DNA from: an uncultured Myxococcales bacterium
Lineage (GTDB): Bacteria; Desulfobacterota; Binatia; UBA1149; CAITLU01
Length of the DNA: 39,110 nucleotides
Reading direction: 5' to 3'
Assembly: GCA_964475235.1 (NCBI GenBank)
Contig: CAYYVZ010000002.1
Span: forward strand, 1-39,110
Below the pieces are notes generated by a model. That model did no database searches, was not told where the DNA came from, and was given only the letters and a program-made list of their open reading frames with translations. Shown here piece by piece: positions 9,407 through 18,278 of this stretch. Positions within the stretch are counted from its first letter, which is position 1. The number at the start of each line of letters is the position of its first letter. Both the position numbers and the translations under genes were made by a program.

Positions 9407-10585
9407 TCAGTCGTTACGCGCCTTCCACTTCGTCGTGCTGTCCGGATCGCCGAGCGGGACGGTGAAGCCTGCCTGCCAGCAGTTTCCCGATTCCTCGTTC
9501 TGGAGAACGGCGAGCACGGGGAGCGTGAGCGGCACCGACGGCACGTCGAGTGTCACGCCGCGCGCCTTGAGCTTGATCGACGCCTTGCCGTCGTCGCCGG
9601 CCTTGAGCTGGAGGCCGGTGAGCCCGCCGCTGGTGCCGTCGCGGTCCTTGTAGCGGAAGCCCGTCGCCAGCGCGGTCCAGCAGTCGTTGCCGTCGCAGGT
9701 CCCGCCCGCCGGTACGCGAAACCCGGTCGCCACGTCGTCGTCGCCTTCATAGACACAGAAAAGATAACTCGCCGTCGTCGTCGGGTCGTCGAGTTCTTCG
9801 AGGCTCGTGGCGGCGCCCTTCCACTTCCACGAAGCGGCGTTGCGATCGTTCGTGCTGCCTTCGACGAACGAAAGCGTGCTGCCTCCGGCGCTCGCGGCCT
9901 TGCAGCCGACCGGAGGCGTCTCCGGACAGACGAACGCAGTCGCGTCGAGCCGGACGTCGTCGAAGTTCACTTCGGTGCCGGGCGCGGCGTCGAGATTGGT
10001 GAGACGAATGCCGAGGGCCTGTCCGGCCTGTGGGTGCGAGACGCCGGTGGTCACCTGGACGGTGGAAGTCAGGAAGCGGCCCTCTCCGGGGAGGAGCGTG
10101 TTTTCGTCGCTCGCGATCACGACACCGCCGGCAAGAAGCTCGACGCGGTAGCCGGGAAAGCCGTCGAAATCGAAATCGTTGGGCGGCGGTGCGCTCGCCA
10201 TGTTGCCGATCTCGACCGTGAGCGTGTACTCGGTCGAGAGCTGGAGCGTCGCTGCGAGAGTCTGCTGCATGCCCGCTTCGTCGCCGGAGAAGTTCTGGAA
10301 GAACGTGACGCCGACGTTGTCGCCGTCGGGCACGGGCTCGACGTAGAGGATCGTCGAGTTGGGGTTGACCACGCCGACCACGCGCGTGTTCATGTTGAGA
10401 GTGCCGAAGCTGGTCCAGCCGGTGGGAGCGACGGCACCGACGATGAAGCTGTCCGGCGGAGTCACCGGCTGCTCGAAGCTCGGGTTGAGGATGGTGACTG
10501 GAGCCGCTGCGGCGAGTGCGGGCGTCAGCGCCAGCAGTAAGCCGGCCGCGGCGCACGCGAAACGGTCGAACGTCTGATTCGTCAT
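9407..10585 (-). CDS. Secreted two-domain protein of unknown function, 392 aa
   Basis: Signal peptide MTNQTFDRFACAAAGLLLALTPALAAAAP. The N-terminal domain starts ILNPSFEQP, which is a DUF642/jelly-roll-like start. The C-terminal Cys-containing beta-rich domain contains SWKWKGAAT...YLFCVYEG...GTCDGNDCW...SIKLKARG. GAGGGGGA lies upstream of the ATG. Confidence 0.75.
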   Translation of the reverse strand: MTNQTFDRFACAAAGLLLALTPALAAAAPVTILNPSFEQPVTPPDSFIVGAVAPTGWTSFGTLNMNTRVVGVVNPNSTILYVEPVPDGDNVGVTFFQNFSGDEAGMQQTLAATLQLSTEYTLTVEIGNMASAPPPNDFDFDGFPGYRVELLAGGVVIASDENTLLPGEGRFLTSTVQVTTGVSHPQAGQALGIRLTNLDAAPGTEVNFDDVRLDATAFVCPETPPVGCKAASAGGSTLSFVEGSTNDRNAASWKWKGAATSLEELDDPTTTASYLFCVYEGDDDVATGFRVPAGGTCDGNDCWTALATGFRYKDRDGTSGGLTGLQLKAGDDGKASIKLKARGVTLDVPSVPLTLPVLAVLQNEESGNCWQAGFTVPLGDPDSTTKWKARND

Positions 10586-10699
10586 GGGTCCCCCTCGAGT
10601 CGTCCCGAGCTTAGGGGGAACTCGAGCGGGCCGTCAATGCGGTCCGGGCGAATACGGACCGGGGAAAAGAGCCTCTTCCCGCGGCCGGACAACCTGGTC

Positions 10700-11980
10700 T
10701 CAGCCGGCCTCTGCCATCCGCGCAACCGGCTCGCGCCTCGGCACGTGCACGAACCCCACCTGGTGCAGGAACTGCGTCATGTGGTCGATGTACGCGCCGC
10801 GATCGAGATGCAGCAGGTGATTGCCGGGGAACCAGTGGATGCGGCAGCGTCCCCAGTGATCCCACAGCAGCCGCGAGTGTTTCGGCGGCGCGAGGCGATC
10901 GCCGACGCCACCGATGATCATGAGACGTTCGGGCGGCAGCTTCGGCTGGTACGTGAGCGGCGTCGTCACCGCCATGATCTCGCGCAGGTAGCGCACCGAC
11001 CAGCCGAGACCGAAAAGTCCCGTGCGAACGATCGCGCCGGCCGGCTGCCACTCGAGCAGCAGGTCCACCGGACTGCACACCGGAACGTTCGGGATCACCG
11101 CTTCGAGATCGTCGTGCAGGCTCGCGAGCAGCGCCGACGTCCATCCGCCGAGACTCACGCCCGTGACGGCGATCTTCTCGACGCCGCACTGGCGGCGCAG
11201 GTAACGCATCAGCACGCGCAGGTCGCAGATCGCCTGGCCCATGCTCTCATTGATGCCGCTCATGCCGGCCGAGAAGAACCCCTGGCCGCTGTAGACGGTC
11301 GAGTCTTCCGCGCGCAGCCCGTGGTGCGGCAACGTCGCGAGTACGACGTCGTAGCCCTGCTCGTAGTACTGCTGCAGCGAAAAGAAGCGTACGTTGAGCC
11401 AGTACGGGTCGGCCATGAAGCCGTGGATCGCGAGCAGCACCGGGCGCGGGCCGTCGCCATGCCGCCACCATCGCGCACGCGCGATGCGGTTGTTCTTGTG
11501 GCTCGCGAACACCGGATCCATGCGCGGGTTCCACGGCTCGTACGGCGACTCGAACTTGAGACCGATGCAGCGGCCGTCGTCCGGCTGGAAGATCGACCAG
11601 CGCGGCTCGTACTCGCGGACCTGGACGTGGTCGGGCGGCTCGCGGAAGAACGCCGCGGGCTCCTGCCCCGGCTGCACGAGGTCGATGTATCGCTGCCAGT
11701 CCTGCGGGCCGTCGAGGAAGCCCTTGCCGTAGAGCGACGGCAGGTATCCGAGCGGCAGCGTCGCCGTAAGAAGGGCGCCGCCCCACGTCCGCATCACCAG
11801 ATCGATCGCGGCGGTCGCGTTGACGCGAGCCCAGTCCCACGGCTCGAGCTCGAAGCCTTCCGGCCGGTCGCAGAAGTTGCTCTCGAGGTTATCCCACCAT
11901 TTTCCGCCGGGCAGGATCTGCGGCGGCGAGTGGCGGAAGCTGTCGTGGGCGATACGGGAGACGATCGAGGAGCGCGGCAT
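10700..11980 (-). CDS. Alpha/beta-fold hydrolase, 426 aa
   Basis: LLAIHGFMADP (oxyanion region), nucleophile elbow GVSLGG, GGVGDRLAPP (Asp) and FPGNHLLH (His). I prefer the ATG at 11980 (MPRSSIV) to the track start at 12016. Confidence 0.8.
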   Translation of the reverse strand: MPRSSIVSRIAHDSFRHSPPQILPGGKWWDNLESNFCDRPEGFELEPWDWARVNATAAIDLVMRTWGGALLTATLPLGYLPSLYGKGFLDGPQDWQRYIDLVQPGQEPAAFFREPPDHVQVREYEPRWSIFQPDDGRCIGLKFESPYEPWNPRMDPVFASHKNNRIARARWWRHGDGPRPVLLAIHGFMADPYWLNVRFFSLQQYYEQGYDVVLATLPHHGLRAEDSTVYSGQGFFSAGMSGINESMGQAICDLRVLMRYLRRQCGVEKIAVTGVSLGGWTSALLASLHDDLEAVIPNVPVCSPVDLLLEWQPAGAIVRTGLFGLGWSVRYLREIMAVTTPLTYQPKLPPERLMIIGGVGDRLAPPKHSRLLWDHWGRCRIHWFPGNHLLHLDRGAYIDHMTQFLHQVGFVHVPRREPVARMAEAG

Positions 11981-12097
11981 TACCCCCAAGATGCGTGAGT
12001 AACGAACGCCATACAATCGTTCGTTGCGCGGTCGATCGTTTTGATGCTGCCCGAAAAATGGGCGCTCGCAGCCACCCGCCGCGGGCGGGCCGGGTCG

Positions 12098-13501
12098 CTA
12101 GCGCGCGACCGCGGCGCCGGCTCGGGACTGCTGTTCGCGGGCGGTTTCTTCCTTCAGCCGCTCGAGGTCCTCGCGCGTGACGCGCTGGTAGGACTTGGGC
12201 GCCCAGATCAGGAAGATTCCGCCCTGGAACGAGAGGAAGAGCTTCTCGATCCAGAAGCCGATGTGACCGATGAGGAAGGCCTTGGCTGCCGGCACGTGCC
12301 CGCCGAGCAGCTCGACGAAGACGAGCTCGCGCACGCCTTCTCCGGCCGCCGTCGGCGTCACGAACGTTCCGAGCGTCATCACGGCCGCTGCGTAGAAGAC
12401 CTGCAGCACGGTCACGTTCTCGACGCCGAGCGCCATCGCATTGCAGAAATACATGGCCATCGTCGTGATCTGGCCGAACACCGCGCACGCGAGGGCAACG
12501 AGGAGCGCGCCGCGCTGCGAGGAATAGGCCGTCGCGCTGTTGATCGTGCTCTGCAGGAAGCCGCGCACCTTGGCGATCGGAACTAGCGAGATGAGAGGCG
12601 CGAACATTCCCGGATTGAGCAGCAGCAGCAGCCCGAAGACGAGGCCCGCACCGAGCGGCACGGCCATGGCCTCGACGATGTCGGCGAGGTCGCGCCCGGA
12701 AAGGTCCGCAAAAGGCATGAAGAGCAGGATGGTCGCGAGCAGGCCGACCAGGCCGATGATGCGCTCGATCGCGAGGGCCGTCGTGCACTCGACGGGCTTC
12801 CTCGAAAGCCGGATCGTGTCGTAGAGGCGCCAGCCGTCGAGGCCGAGCGTGGACGGCATGACGATGCCGAAGAAGCGCCCGACGAAATAGCTCGCCGTCA
12901 GCCACGCGAACCCGAAGTCCAGCCCCTGGCCCTTGAGCAGCACCTGCCAGCGCACGATGTTGGCGAGGATGCCGAGGAACTTGACGAACGTCGCGGCGAG
13001 TACCCACGGAAGGAAGATGCCGAGGTCGAGGCCTTTCACCTCTTCCCACAGGTCTTCCATCGTCATCGGGACGCGCTGGACCCCCTGTTTCTCGACCCAG
13101 ACGGTCTCCGCCGTGACGCCCGCGAGCGGCACCTTGTCGTTCGTGTCGGCAGAAGCGAGCACGCGGTCGAGCTTGCCGTCGTGGCAGTGGTGCGGCGCAC
13201 GCATGCGCACGATCTCGCCGCCGGTCGTCTTTACGAAGACGGCTTCGCCCTTCATCGCGAGGTCGCAGACTTTGGAGCCCTCGAGCGGGATCTGGGCCTC
13301 GGGAAGCTGGCCGCCGGAGAATCGGGCCTTCATGCGGCCGACGAAGCCCGGCATGGCGGGATTGGCCTGGTAGAAGATCGTCCCGTCCGTGAGGCCGGCC
13401 CGCGGGACCTCCACGACGCCGGCGCCGAACTCCCAGAACAGCGACACGAAAATGCCGATCGTGAGGAGCGTCTTGAGGACGGTGATGATGGCCTTCTTCA
13501 T
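12098..13501 (-). CDS. UPF0104 / lysyl-phosphatidylglycerol-synthase TM-region (flippase-like) membrane protein, 467 aa
   Basis: Polytopic membrane protein with ILANIVRWQVLLKGQGL and MPSTLGLDGWRLYD motifs typical of the LPG_synthase_TM family. After TM1 there is a hydrophilic segment of roughly 125 aa. Confidence 0.75.
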   Translation of the reverse strand: MKKAIITVLKTLLTIGIFVSLFWEFGAGVVEVPRAGLTDGTIFYQANPAMPGFVGRMKARFSGGQLPEAQIPLEGSKVCDLAMKGEAVFVKTTGGEIVRMRAPHHCHDGKLDRVLASADTNDKVPLAGVTAETVWVEKQGVQRVPMTMEDLWEEVKGLDLGIFLPWVLAATFVKFLGILANIVRWQVLLKGQGLDFGFAWLTASYFVGRFFGIVMPSTLGLDGWRLYDTIRLSRKPVECTTALAIERIIGLVGLLATILLFMPFADLSGRDLADIVEAMAVPLGAGLVFGLLLLLNPGMFAPLISLVPIAKVRGFLQSTINSATAYSSQRGALLVALACAVFGQITTMAMYFCNAMALGVENVTVLQVFYAAAVMTLGTFVTPTAAGEGVRELVFVELLGGHVPAAKAFLIGHIGFWIEKLFLSFQGGIFLIWAPKSYQRVTREDLERLKEETAREQQSRAGAAVAR

Positions 13502-13536
13502 TGGGAGAATGGTCCTGCCGGAAGGGGAGTTGAGGC

Positions 13537-13555
13537 GGCGCCCCGGCCGGGCGCC
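13537..13555. other. GC-rich palindromic hairpin (GGCGCCC-cggcc-GGGCGCC) between the DUF192 gene and the UPF0104 gene
   Basis: A 7-bp perfect stem read from the sequence. There is no U-tract, so its function (terminator, attenuator or RNA stability element) is unknown. Confidence 0.3.
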
Positions 13556-13682
13556 AACGCCTTAAATCTTACGGAACGAGGCGCGCTTCAAGTTCGTGTC
13601 GCGCCAGAGCCCCGACGGTCTGCGCCAGGAGAGACGTCAGGGATCCAGGCCGGCGACTGCCGAGGCGCGTCGGCCGGGCCGT

Positions 13683-14123
13683 CTATTCCCCGGCCCTGGC
13701 CGCGCCGCGAAGGTCGGGCAGCGTCAGGCGGTCGCCGGGCTTCACGCCGTGCCGCTCGGCCCAGCCGCCCGGCACCTCGAGCACGTAGCGGGCGGGGCCG
13801 CGCGACGGGATCTTCTTTTCCGAGTAGGGAGTCGTGTTGGCGGCGATCGACACGATGGTCGCGTCGCCGCGGACATAGAGGATGTCGAGGGGAATGGGCG
13901 TATTGCTCATCCAGAAGCTGCGCTCCTCCTCCTCCTCGAAGACGAAGAGCATCCCGGCGCCTTCGGCCAGCTCGGTGCGATACATGAGCCCGCGGGACTG
14001 CTGCTCGCGCGTCAGCGCAAGCTCGACCGAAACCTCCGAGTCGCCGGTGGCCGAGTGCACGGTGACGATGGGACCGCTCGCGGCCCTGGAGCAGGCGGCG
14101 AGCGCTGCGAGGCCGGCGGCCAT
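13683..14123 (-). CDS. DUF192 (COG1430) domain lipoprotein, 146 aa
   Basis: MAAGLAALAAC lipobox-like N-terminus. GLMYRTELAEGAGMLFVF...FWMSNTPIPLDILYV...YVLEVPGGW is the DUF192 consensus. The long upstream extension in the track ORF (to 14615) has no start-codon support. Confidence 0.75.
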   Translation of the reverse strand: MAAGLAALAACSRAASGPIVTVHSATGDSEVSVELALTREQQSRGLMYRTELAEGAGMLFVFEEEEERSFWMSNTPIPLDILYVRGDATIVSIAANTTPYSEKKIPSRGPARYVLEVPGGWAERHGVKPGDRLTLPDLRGAARAGE

Positions 14124-14324
14124 GGCAGCGGCGAGCGCGTGCGATCGCAGCGCGCCGATGGCGCGAGCTCGCGACAGCGGGCGGACGGCCCGCGTTCCGC
14201 GTTGCCCCGATCGTCGTGGCGGCGTGTGCAAACGGCTGGATTGCAAGGCGGAGTCTTCCCCGGTTAAATCGCGCGCCGCGCCGCTGGAGGTCCGTTTCCG
14301 GCAGGCGCCGTATCTGGAGGTTGC

Positions 14325-16370
14325 ATGATCAGCACCGTTGTCTGGACCGCCTGTTTTCTCGGCCTCGCCGGGCTGTTCGCCGCCCAGGCCCTGCAGCGGC
14401 TCGCGATCCTCGGTTACATGCGCCCGGCGGATCGCTTCGACAACCTCCAGGAACGCATCACGCGGACCCTGCAGTACGCCATCGGGCAGTTCAAGTTCTT
14501 CAAGGGGCCCAAGCACGACCGCAAGGCCGGCATCCTCCACGCCTTCGTCTTCTGGGGCTTCCTGATCCTCGGCTACCAGGTCGTCCACATGTTCGCGCGG
14601 GGCTGGTTCCCGCACTTCCAGCTTCCCCTACTCGGGGCTGCCCAGTTCGGCGGGCCCGTCGTGTTCCTCAAGGATACGTTCGAGCTGCTCGTCGCGGTCT
14701 CGGCGCTGATCCTCGTGTCGCGCTGGCTCTTCACGCACCCGCGGCGCCTCATGGGCTTCCTGCCGGCCGAGCAGCGCGTGCACGATCACCCGCACTGGGA
14801 AGCCATCCTCATCCTCTTCTTCATCACGGCGATCACGACGAGCGGGCTCGTCTACGACGCCGGCCGCATGGTCTTCATGGCCGGCGATCCGGAGATCGAG
14901 GCCGAGAAGCAGTGGGGCTGGGTCTCGTACCTCATTTCGAACGTGCTCGCGGGCTTCGGCCCCGGCTTCGCCGAGAGCGCCAGCAACACGGCGTGGTGGA
15001 TCCACAACCTGGTCATCCTCACGTTCATCAACCTGTTGCCGCAGTCGAAGCACTTCCACGTGCTCACCTCGATCCCGAACGTCTTCTTCACGAAGCTGAA
15101 GCCGTTCGGCCAGCTGTCGAAGCAGGACCTCGAGAGCGAGAACGCCATCTACGGCACCTCGCAGATGCGCCACTTCGACTGGAAGCAGGTGCTCGACATG
15201 TACTCGTGCACCGAGTGCGGACGCTGCTCGTCGCACTGCCCGGCGACCGCCACGGGCAAGCCGCTGGCGCCGCGCCAGTTCCTGCTGAACCTGCGCAACT
15301 ACCTCTACGAGCATCCCGAGAGCGTCACCGATCCGAACGTCGAGGGCATCGTCGCGACCGGCGAGGAGACCGGCCTCGCCGAGATCATCCACGACGAGGT
15401 GCTGTGGTCGTGCAACACCTGCCGCGCGTGCGAAGAGGCGTGCCCGGTCAACATCGAGTACGTGGACAAGATCGTGGACATGCGCCGCTACCTGGTGCAG
15501 GAGGCCGCGCGTTTCCCCACCGAGCTCACGCGCGTGTTCACCGGCATGGAGCGCCAGAGCAACCCGTGGGGAATCGCGGCCGACAAGCGCGCCGACTGGG
15601 CCGAAGGCCTCGACATCCCGACGCTCGCCGAGAATCCGGAGGCCGAGTACCTGTTCTTCGTCGGCTGCGCCGGCTCGTTCGACGACCGCGCCAAGAAGAT
15701 CACCAAGGCCGTCGCCAAGCTGCTGAACGCCGCCGACATCTCGTACGCGATCCTCGGACGCGACGAGCCGTGCAACGGCGACACCGCGCGCCGCCTCGGC
15801 AACGAGTATCTCTACCAGTCGATGGCGCAGATGGCGGTCGAGACCTTCGAGAGCTGCGGCGTGAAGAAGGTGATCACCAACTGCCCGCACTGCTTCAACA
15901 CGATCAAGAACGAGTTCCCGCAGTTCGGCGGCGAGTACCAGGTGATGCACGCGACCGAGGTCGTGAGCGACCTCGTGACGTCGGGACGCCTCAAGCTCGA
16001 CGGCTCGGCCGTGGGCTCCGTCGTCTATCACGACTCGTGCTACCTCGGCCGCTACAACGACGTGTACGACGCGCCCCGCCGCATCCTCGAGGCGCTCTCG
16101 GGCGTCGATCTCCGCGAGGCGGAGCGCTCGAAAGCTTTCGGCATGTGCTGCGGCGCCGGCGGCGGCCGCATGTGGGTGGAAGAGCGGCCCGACCAGCGCG
16201 TGAACTTCCTGCGCGTCGAGCAGCTCCTCGAGACCAAGGCGACGACGATCGCGTCGGCGTGCCCCTACTGCATGACGATGCTGAGCGACGGCGTGAAGAG
16301 CAAGGAGCTCGAGGACAGCGTCAAGAACCGCGACGTGCTCGAGCTGGCGGCGGATGCGCTGCAGGCCTGA
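14325..16370 (+). CDS. Membrane-anchored Fe-S oxidoreductase: N-terminal polytopic (NarI/HdrE-like) domain fused to an HdrD/GlpC-like domain; 681 aa
   Basis: Two ferredoxin motifs, CTECGRCSSHCP and CNTCRACEEACP. Two CCG-type Cys-rich domains: FVGCAGSFD...NCPHCFNT and YHDSCYLGR...MCCGAGGG...ACPYCMTM. About 260 aa of TM helices carry conserved His residues. GGAGG lies 4 nt upstream of the ATG. Confidence 0.88.
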   Translation: MISTVVWTACFLGLAGLFAAQALQRLAILGYMRPADRFDNLQERITRTLQYAIGQFKFFKGPKHDRKAGILHAFVFWGFLILGYQVVHMFARGWFPHFQLPLLGAAQFGGPVVFLKDTFELLVAVSALILVSRWLFTHPRRLMGFLPAEQRVHDHPHWEAILILFFITAITTSGLVYDAGRMVFMAGDPEIEAEKQWGWVSYLISNVLAGFGPGFAESASNTAWWIHNLVILTFINLLPQSKHFHVLTSIPNVFFTKLKPFGQLSKQDLESENAIYGTSQMRHFDWKQVLDMYSCTECGRCSSHCPATATGKPLAPRQFLLNLRNYLYEHPESVTDPNVEGIVATGEETGLAEIIHDEVLWSCNTCRACEEACPVNIEYVDKIVDMRRYLVQEAARFPTELTRVFTGMERQSNPWGIAADKRADWAEGLDIPTLAENPEAEYLFFVGCAGSFDDRAKKITKAVAKLLNAADISYAILGRDEPCNGDTARRLGNEYLYQSMAQMAVETFESCGVKKVITNCPHCFNTIKNEFPQFGGEYQVMHATEVVSDLVTSGRLKLDGSAVGSVVYHDSCYLGRYNDVYDAPRRILEALSGVDLREAERSKAFGMCCGAGGGRMWVEERPDQRVNFLRVEQLLETKATTIASACPYCMTMLSDGVKSKELEDSVKNRDVLELAADALQA

Positions 16371-16402
16371 GGCACGATCCTGCGACGAGCCAGGACTCTT
16401 GC

Positions 16403-16852
16403 GTGAGACTCCCTCGCCGAGAGTACCTGGCGCCTCTGGTTTTCTTGCTGCTGCCCGCGATTGTCTTCGCGTCTTCGAAGAGGGACCTCCGGACTTTCGA
16501 AGCCAACGCGCCGTTCGTGGAAACGCGCGGAACCATAACTCAGTGGGAGAATACGAGAGGCTGCAAAGTCTCCGTGACCTACACGGTCGAAGGCGTTAGC
16601 CGGACCAACCGGGTAGGGAACGTGCACTTGTGCGCGCACCAGCACGGCAGCCTCGGGAAGGACGTACGCGTCTGGCACTCCACCCGCGATCCCGACTACA
16701 TCTCGCTCGTTCCTGAAACGGAGGCGCTCGACAGGATGAACGCCGAGATCGCCGGTCTCACCTGGTTCCCCGCGCTCACGCTGATCCTCTACCTTCCCCT
16801 CGCCATGATTTTCGGTTCGAGAGAGGACGATGATCACTCCGCTCGCGACTGA
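16403..16852 (+). CDS. Small two-TM membrane protein, DUF3592-like, 149 aa (GTG start)
   Basis: TM1 LAPLVFLLLPAIVFA, then a beta-rich core TRGTITQWENTRGCKVSVTYTVEGVSRTNRVG, then TM2 LTWFPALTLILYLPLAMIF. It forms the 3' tail of an otherwise out-of-frame shadow ORF (14216-16852). GC3 looks lower than in neighbouring genes, with aga/ata/aat codons. Confidence 0.55.
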   Translation: MRLPRREYLAPLVFLLLPAIVFASSKRDLRTFEANAPFVETRGTITQWENTRGCKVSVTYTVEGVSRTNRVGNVHLCAHQHGSLGKDVRVWHSTRDPDYISLVPETEALDRMNAEIAGLTWFPALTLILYLPLAMIFGSREDDDHSARD

Positions 16853-16868
16853 GCTGTTGGTCCGGCTC

Positions 16869-17513
16869 TCAGGGGGACTGCCTGCTCCATTCCGTCCAGA
16901 TCGACGGCGGGTAGATGCGCGCCACCTTCCGGAACTTTCCCTCATCGGGCTGAAACACGACGAGCTCGCCTTCACCGACGTCCGCGAACTCCTCGCCGGC
17001 CGCTTCGCGCAGGTTACTGTTGTGACTGACGATCAACGTGTTCGCGCCGGGAGGAGGCGGAGTGGTTAGCAGGCGACGGAGTGCGTCCGTGCGGCGCTGC
17101 TTCTCCTTCGGATTGCCGGCCGACTGCGCAGCGGACACGTCGGCAGTGGCAGCCGGCTCGCCCACCGCGATCAGCTTCGCGGACTCGTGAGCACGCTGGA
17201 ACTGGCTGCAGATCACGCTGCCGATCGGGATCGCCAGCGTCCGAAGCGCCTGTCCGAACGCGGCCGCCTGCGCGCGTCCGGGGTCGGTCAGCTGCCGCTG
17301 CGCAGCGACGTTCTCGAGGTGAAGCGGGTCGGTGTCTTCCTGCGATGGATCGGTCGGGAAGTGGCGGACGTAAAGCACGTAGCCGCCTTTACGAAGATCG
17401 TCGACGAGGCTGCGGTCGGGTGTTCCGCCGGCGGCAGGCGCGCAGGCGAGCGCGAGCAGGACTGCAACCTGACAAAGGACGTTCCCAGATGCGGGGCGCT
17501 GGGCAGCGAACAT
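16869..17513 (-). CDS. Secreted histidine phosphatase (phosphoglycerate-mutase-like) family protein, 214 aa
   Basis: Signal peptide MFAAQRPASGNVLCQVAVLLALACAPA. YVLYVRHFPT carries the catalytic RH motif and LIVSHNSNL the second His. Start taken at the ATG at 17513. Confidence 0.65.
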   Translation of the reverse strand: MFAAQRPASGNVLCQVAVLLALACAPAAGGTPDRSLVDDLRKGGYVLYVRHFPTDPSQEDTDPLHLENVAAQRQLTDPGRAQAAAFGQALRTLAIPIGSVICSQFQRAHESAKLIAVGEPAATADVSAAQSAGNPKEKQRRTDALRRLLTTPPPPGANTLIVSHNSNLREAAGEEFADVGEGELVVFQPDEGKFRKVARIYPPSIWTEWSRQSP

Positions 17514-17602
17514 GGTGCGCCACTCGTACGCCTGGCGGGCTGCGAAAGTGACCGTCGAACGTGCTTGGCCGCGTAAGTTTGGGCATAATTCCCTCACCCC
17601 GG

Positions 17603-18226
17603 ATGACCGAACCTCCCCCCCGCAGCCCCGCCATGTTCCGCCAGTTCGCCCTCGCGGACTGGGTGACGCTGGCCAACGCCGCCTGCGGGGCAGGGGCCAT
17701 CTTCGCGATGATGACCTACCTGCAGGTGCGCGAGGTCAGGCACATCTACTTCGCGGGCGGCCTCGTCGGGGCCGCGCTCGTCTTCGACTTTCTCGACGGT
17801 CGCATCGCACGCTGGAGGCAGCGATCCTCGATCATGGGCCGCGAGCTCGACTCGCTCTCCGACGTCATCTCCTTCGGCGTGGCGCCGGCGATGATCGCGT
17901 ACGGCTGCGGCATGCAGGGCCTCTTCGACCGGATCGTTCTCATCTACTTCGTCGTCTGCGGCGTCTCGCGACTGGCCCGGTACAACGTCACGGCCGAGGC
18001 CCTGTCCGGCGACGACGACAAGGTGAAGTACTTCGAAGGCACGCCGATCCCGACGTCCATCGTGCTCGTGCTCGTTCTGGTGGTCGCCGCGGCTTCGGGC
18101 GCGATCGGGACCGAGCTGCCGTTCGGAGTCCTGGAAATCGGCGGGTTCGAGTTTCATCCGCTCGCGCTGCTGTTCGCGGCGTCCGGCACGCTGATGATCA
18201 GCCGGGTGCACATTCCCAAGCCGTGA
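17603..18226 (+). CDS. pssA: CDP-diacylglycerol--serine O-phosphatidyltransferase (CDP-alcohol phosphatidyltransferase family), 207 aa
   Basis: DFLDGRIARWRQRSSIMGRELDSLSDVISFGVAP fits the D-x2-DG-x2-AR-x8-G-x3-D-x3-D motif. Size and TM layout match small bacterial PssA. Start is the ATG at 17603; the MFRQF Met is an alternative. Confidence 0.85.
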   Translation: MTEPPPRSPAMFRQFALADWVTLANAACGAGAIFAMMTYLQVREVRHIYFAGGLVGAALVFDFLDGRIARWRQRSSIMGRELDSLSDVISFGVAPAMIAYGCGMQGLFDRIVLIYFVVCGVSRLARYNVTAEALSGDDDKVKYFEGTPIPTSIVLVLVLVVAAASGAIGTELPFGVLEIGGFEFHPLALLFAASGTLMISRVHIPKP

Positions 18227-18228
18227 CT

Positions 18229-18257
18229 CCTGCGCGGCGCTGCGAGCGCCGCGCAGG
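18229..18257. terminator. Bidirectional hairpin between convergent pssA and the Cys-rich protein gene
   Basis: Perfect 12-bp stem CCTGCGCGGCGC / GCGCCGCGCAGG with loop TGCGA, starting 3 nt after the pssA stop. No clear U-tract. Confidence 0.6.
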
Positions 18258-18278
18258 ATGAGTACGCACGATGAGTTG

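Noticed and set aside
14216-16402. Bulk of the 878-aa plus-strand ORF 14216-16852
   Set aside because: It is out of frame with the Fe-S oxidoreductase (14325-16370), which has unambiguous Cys motifs. Only the final 149 codons, after that gene's stop, look like a real small membrane protein.
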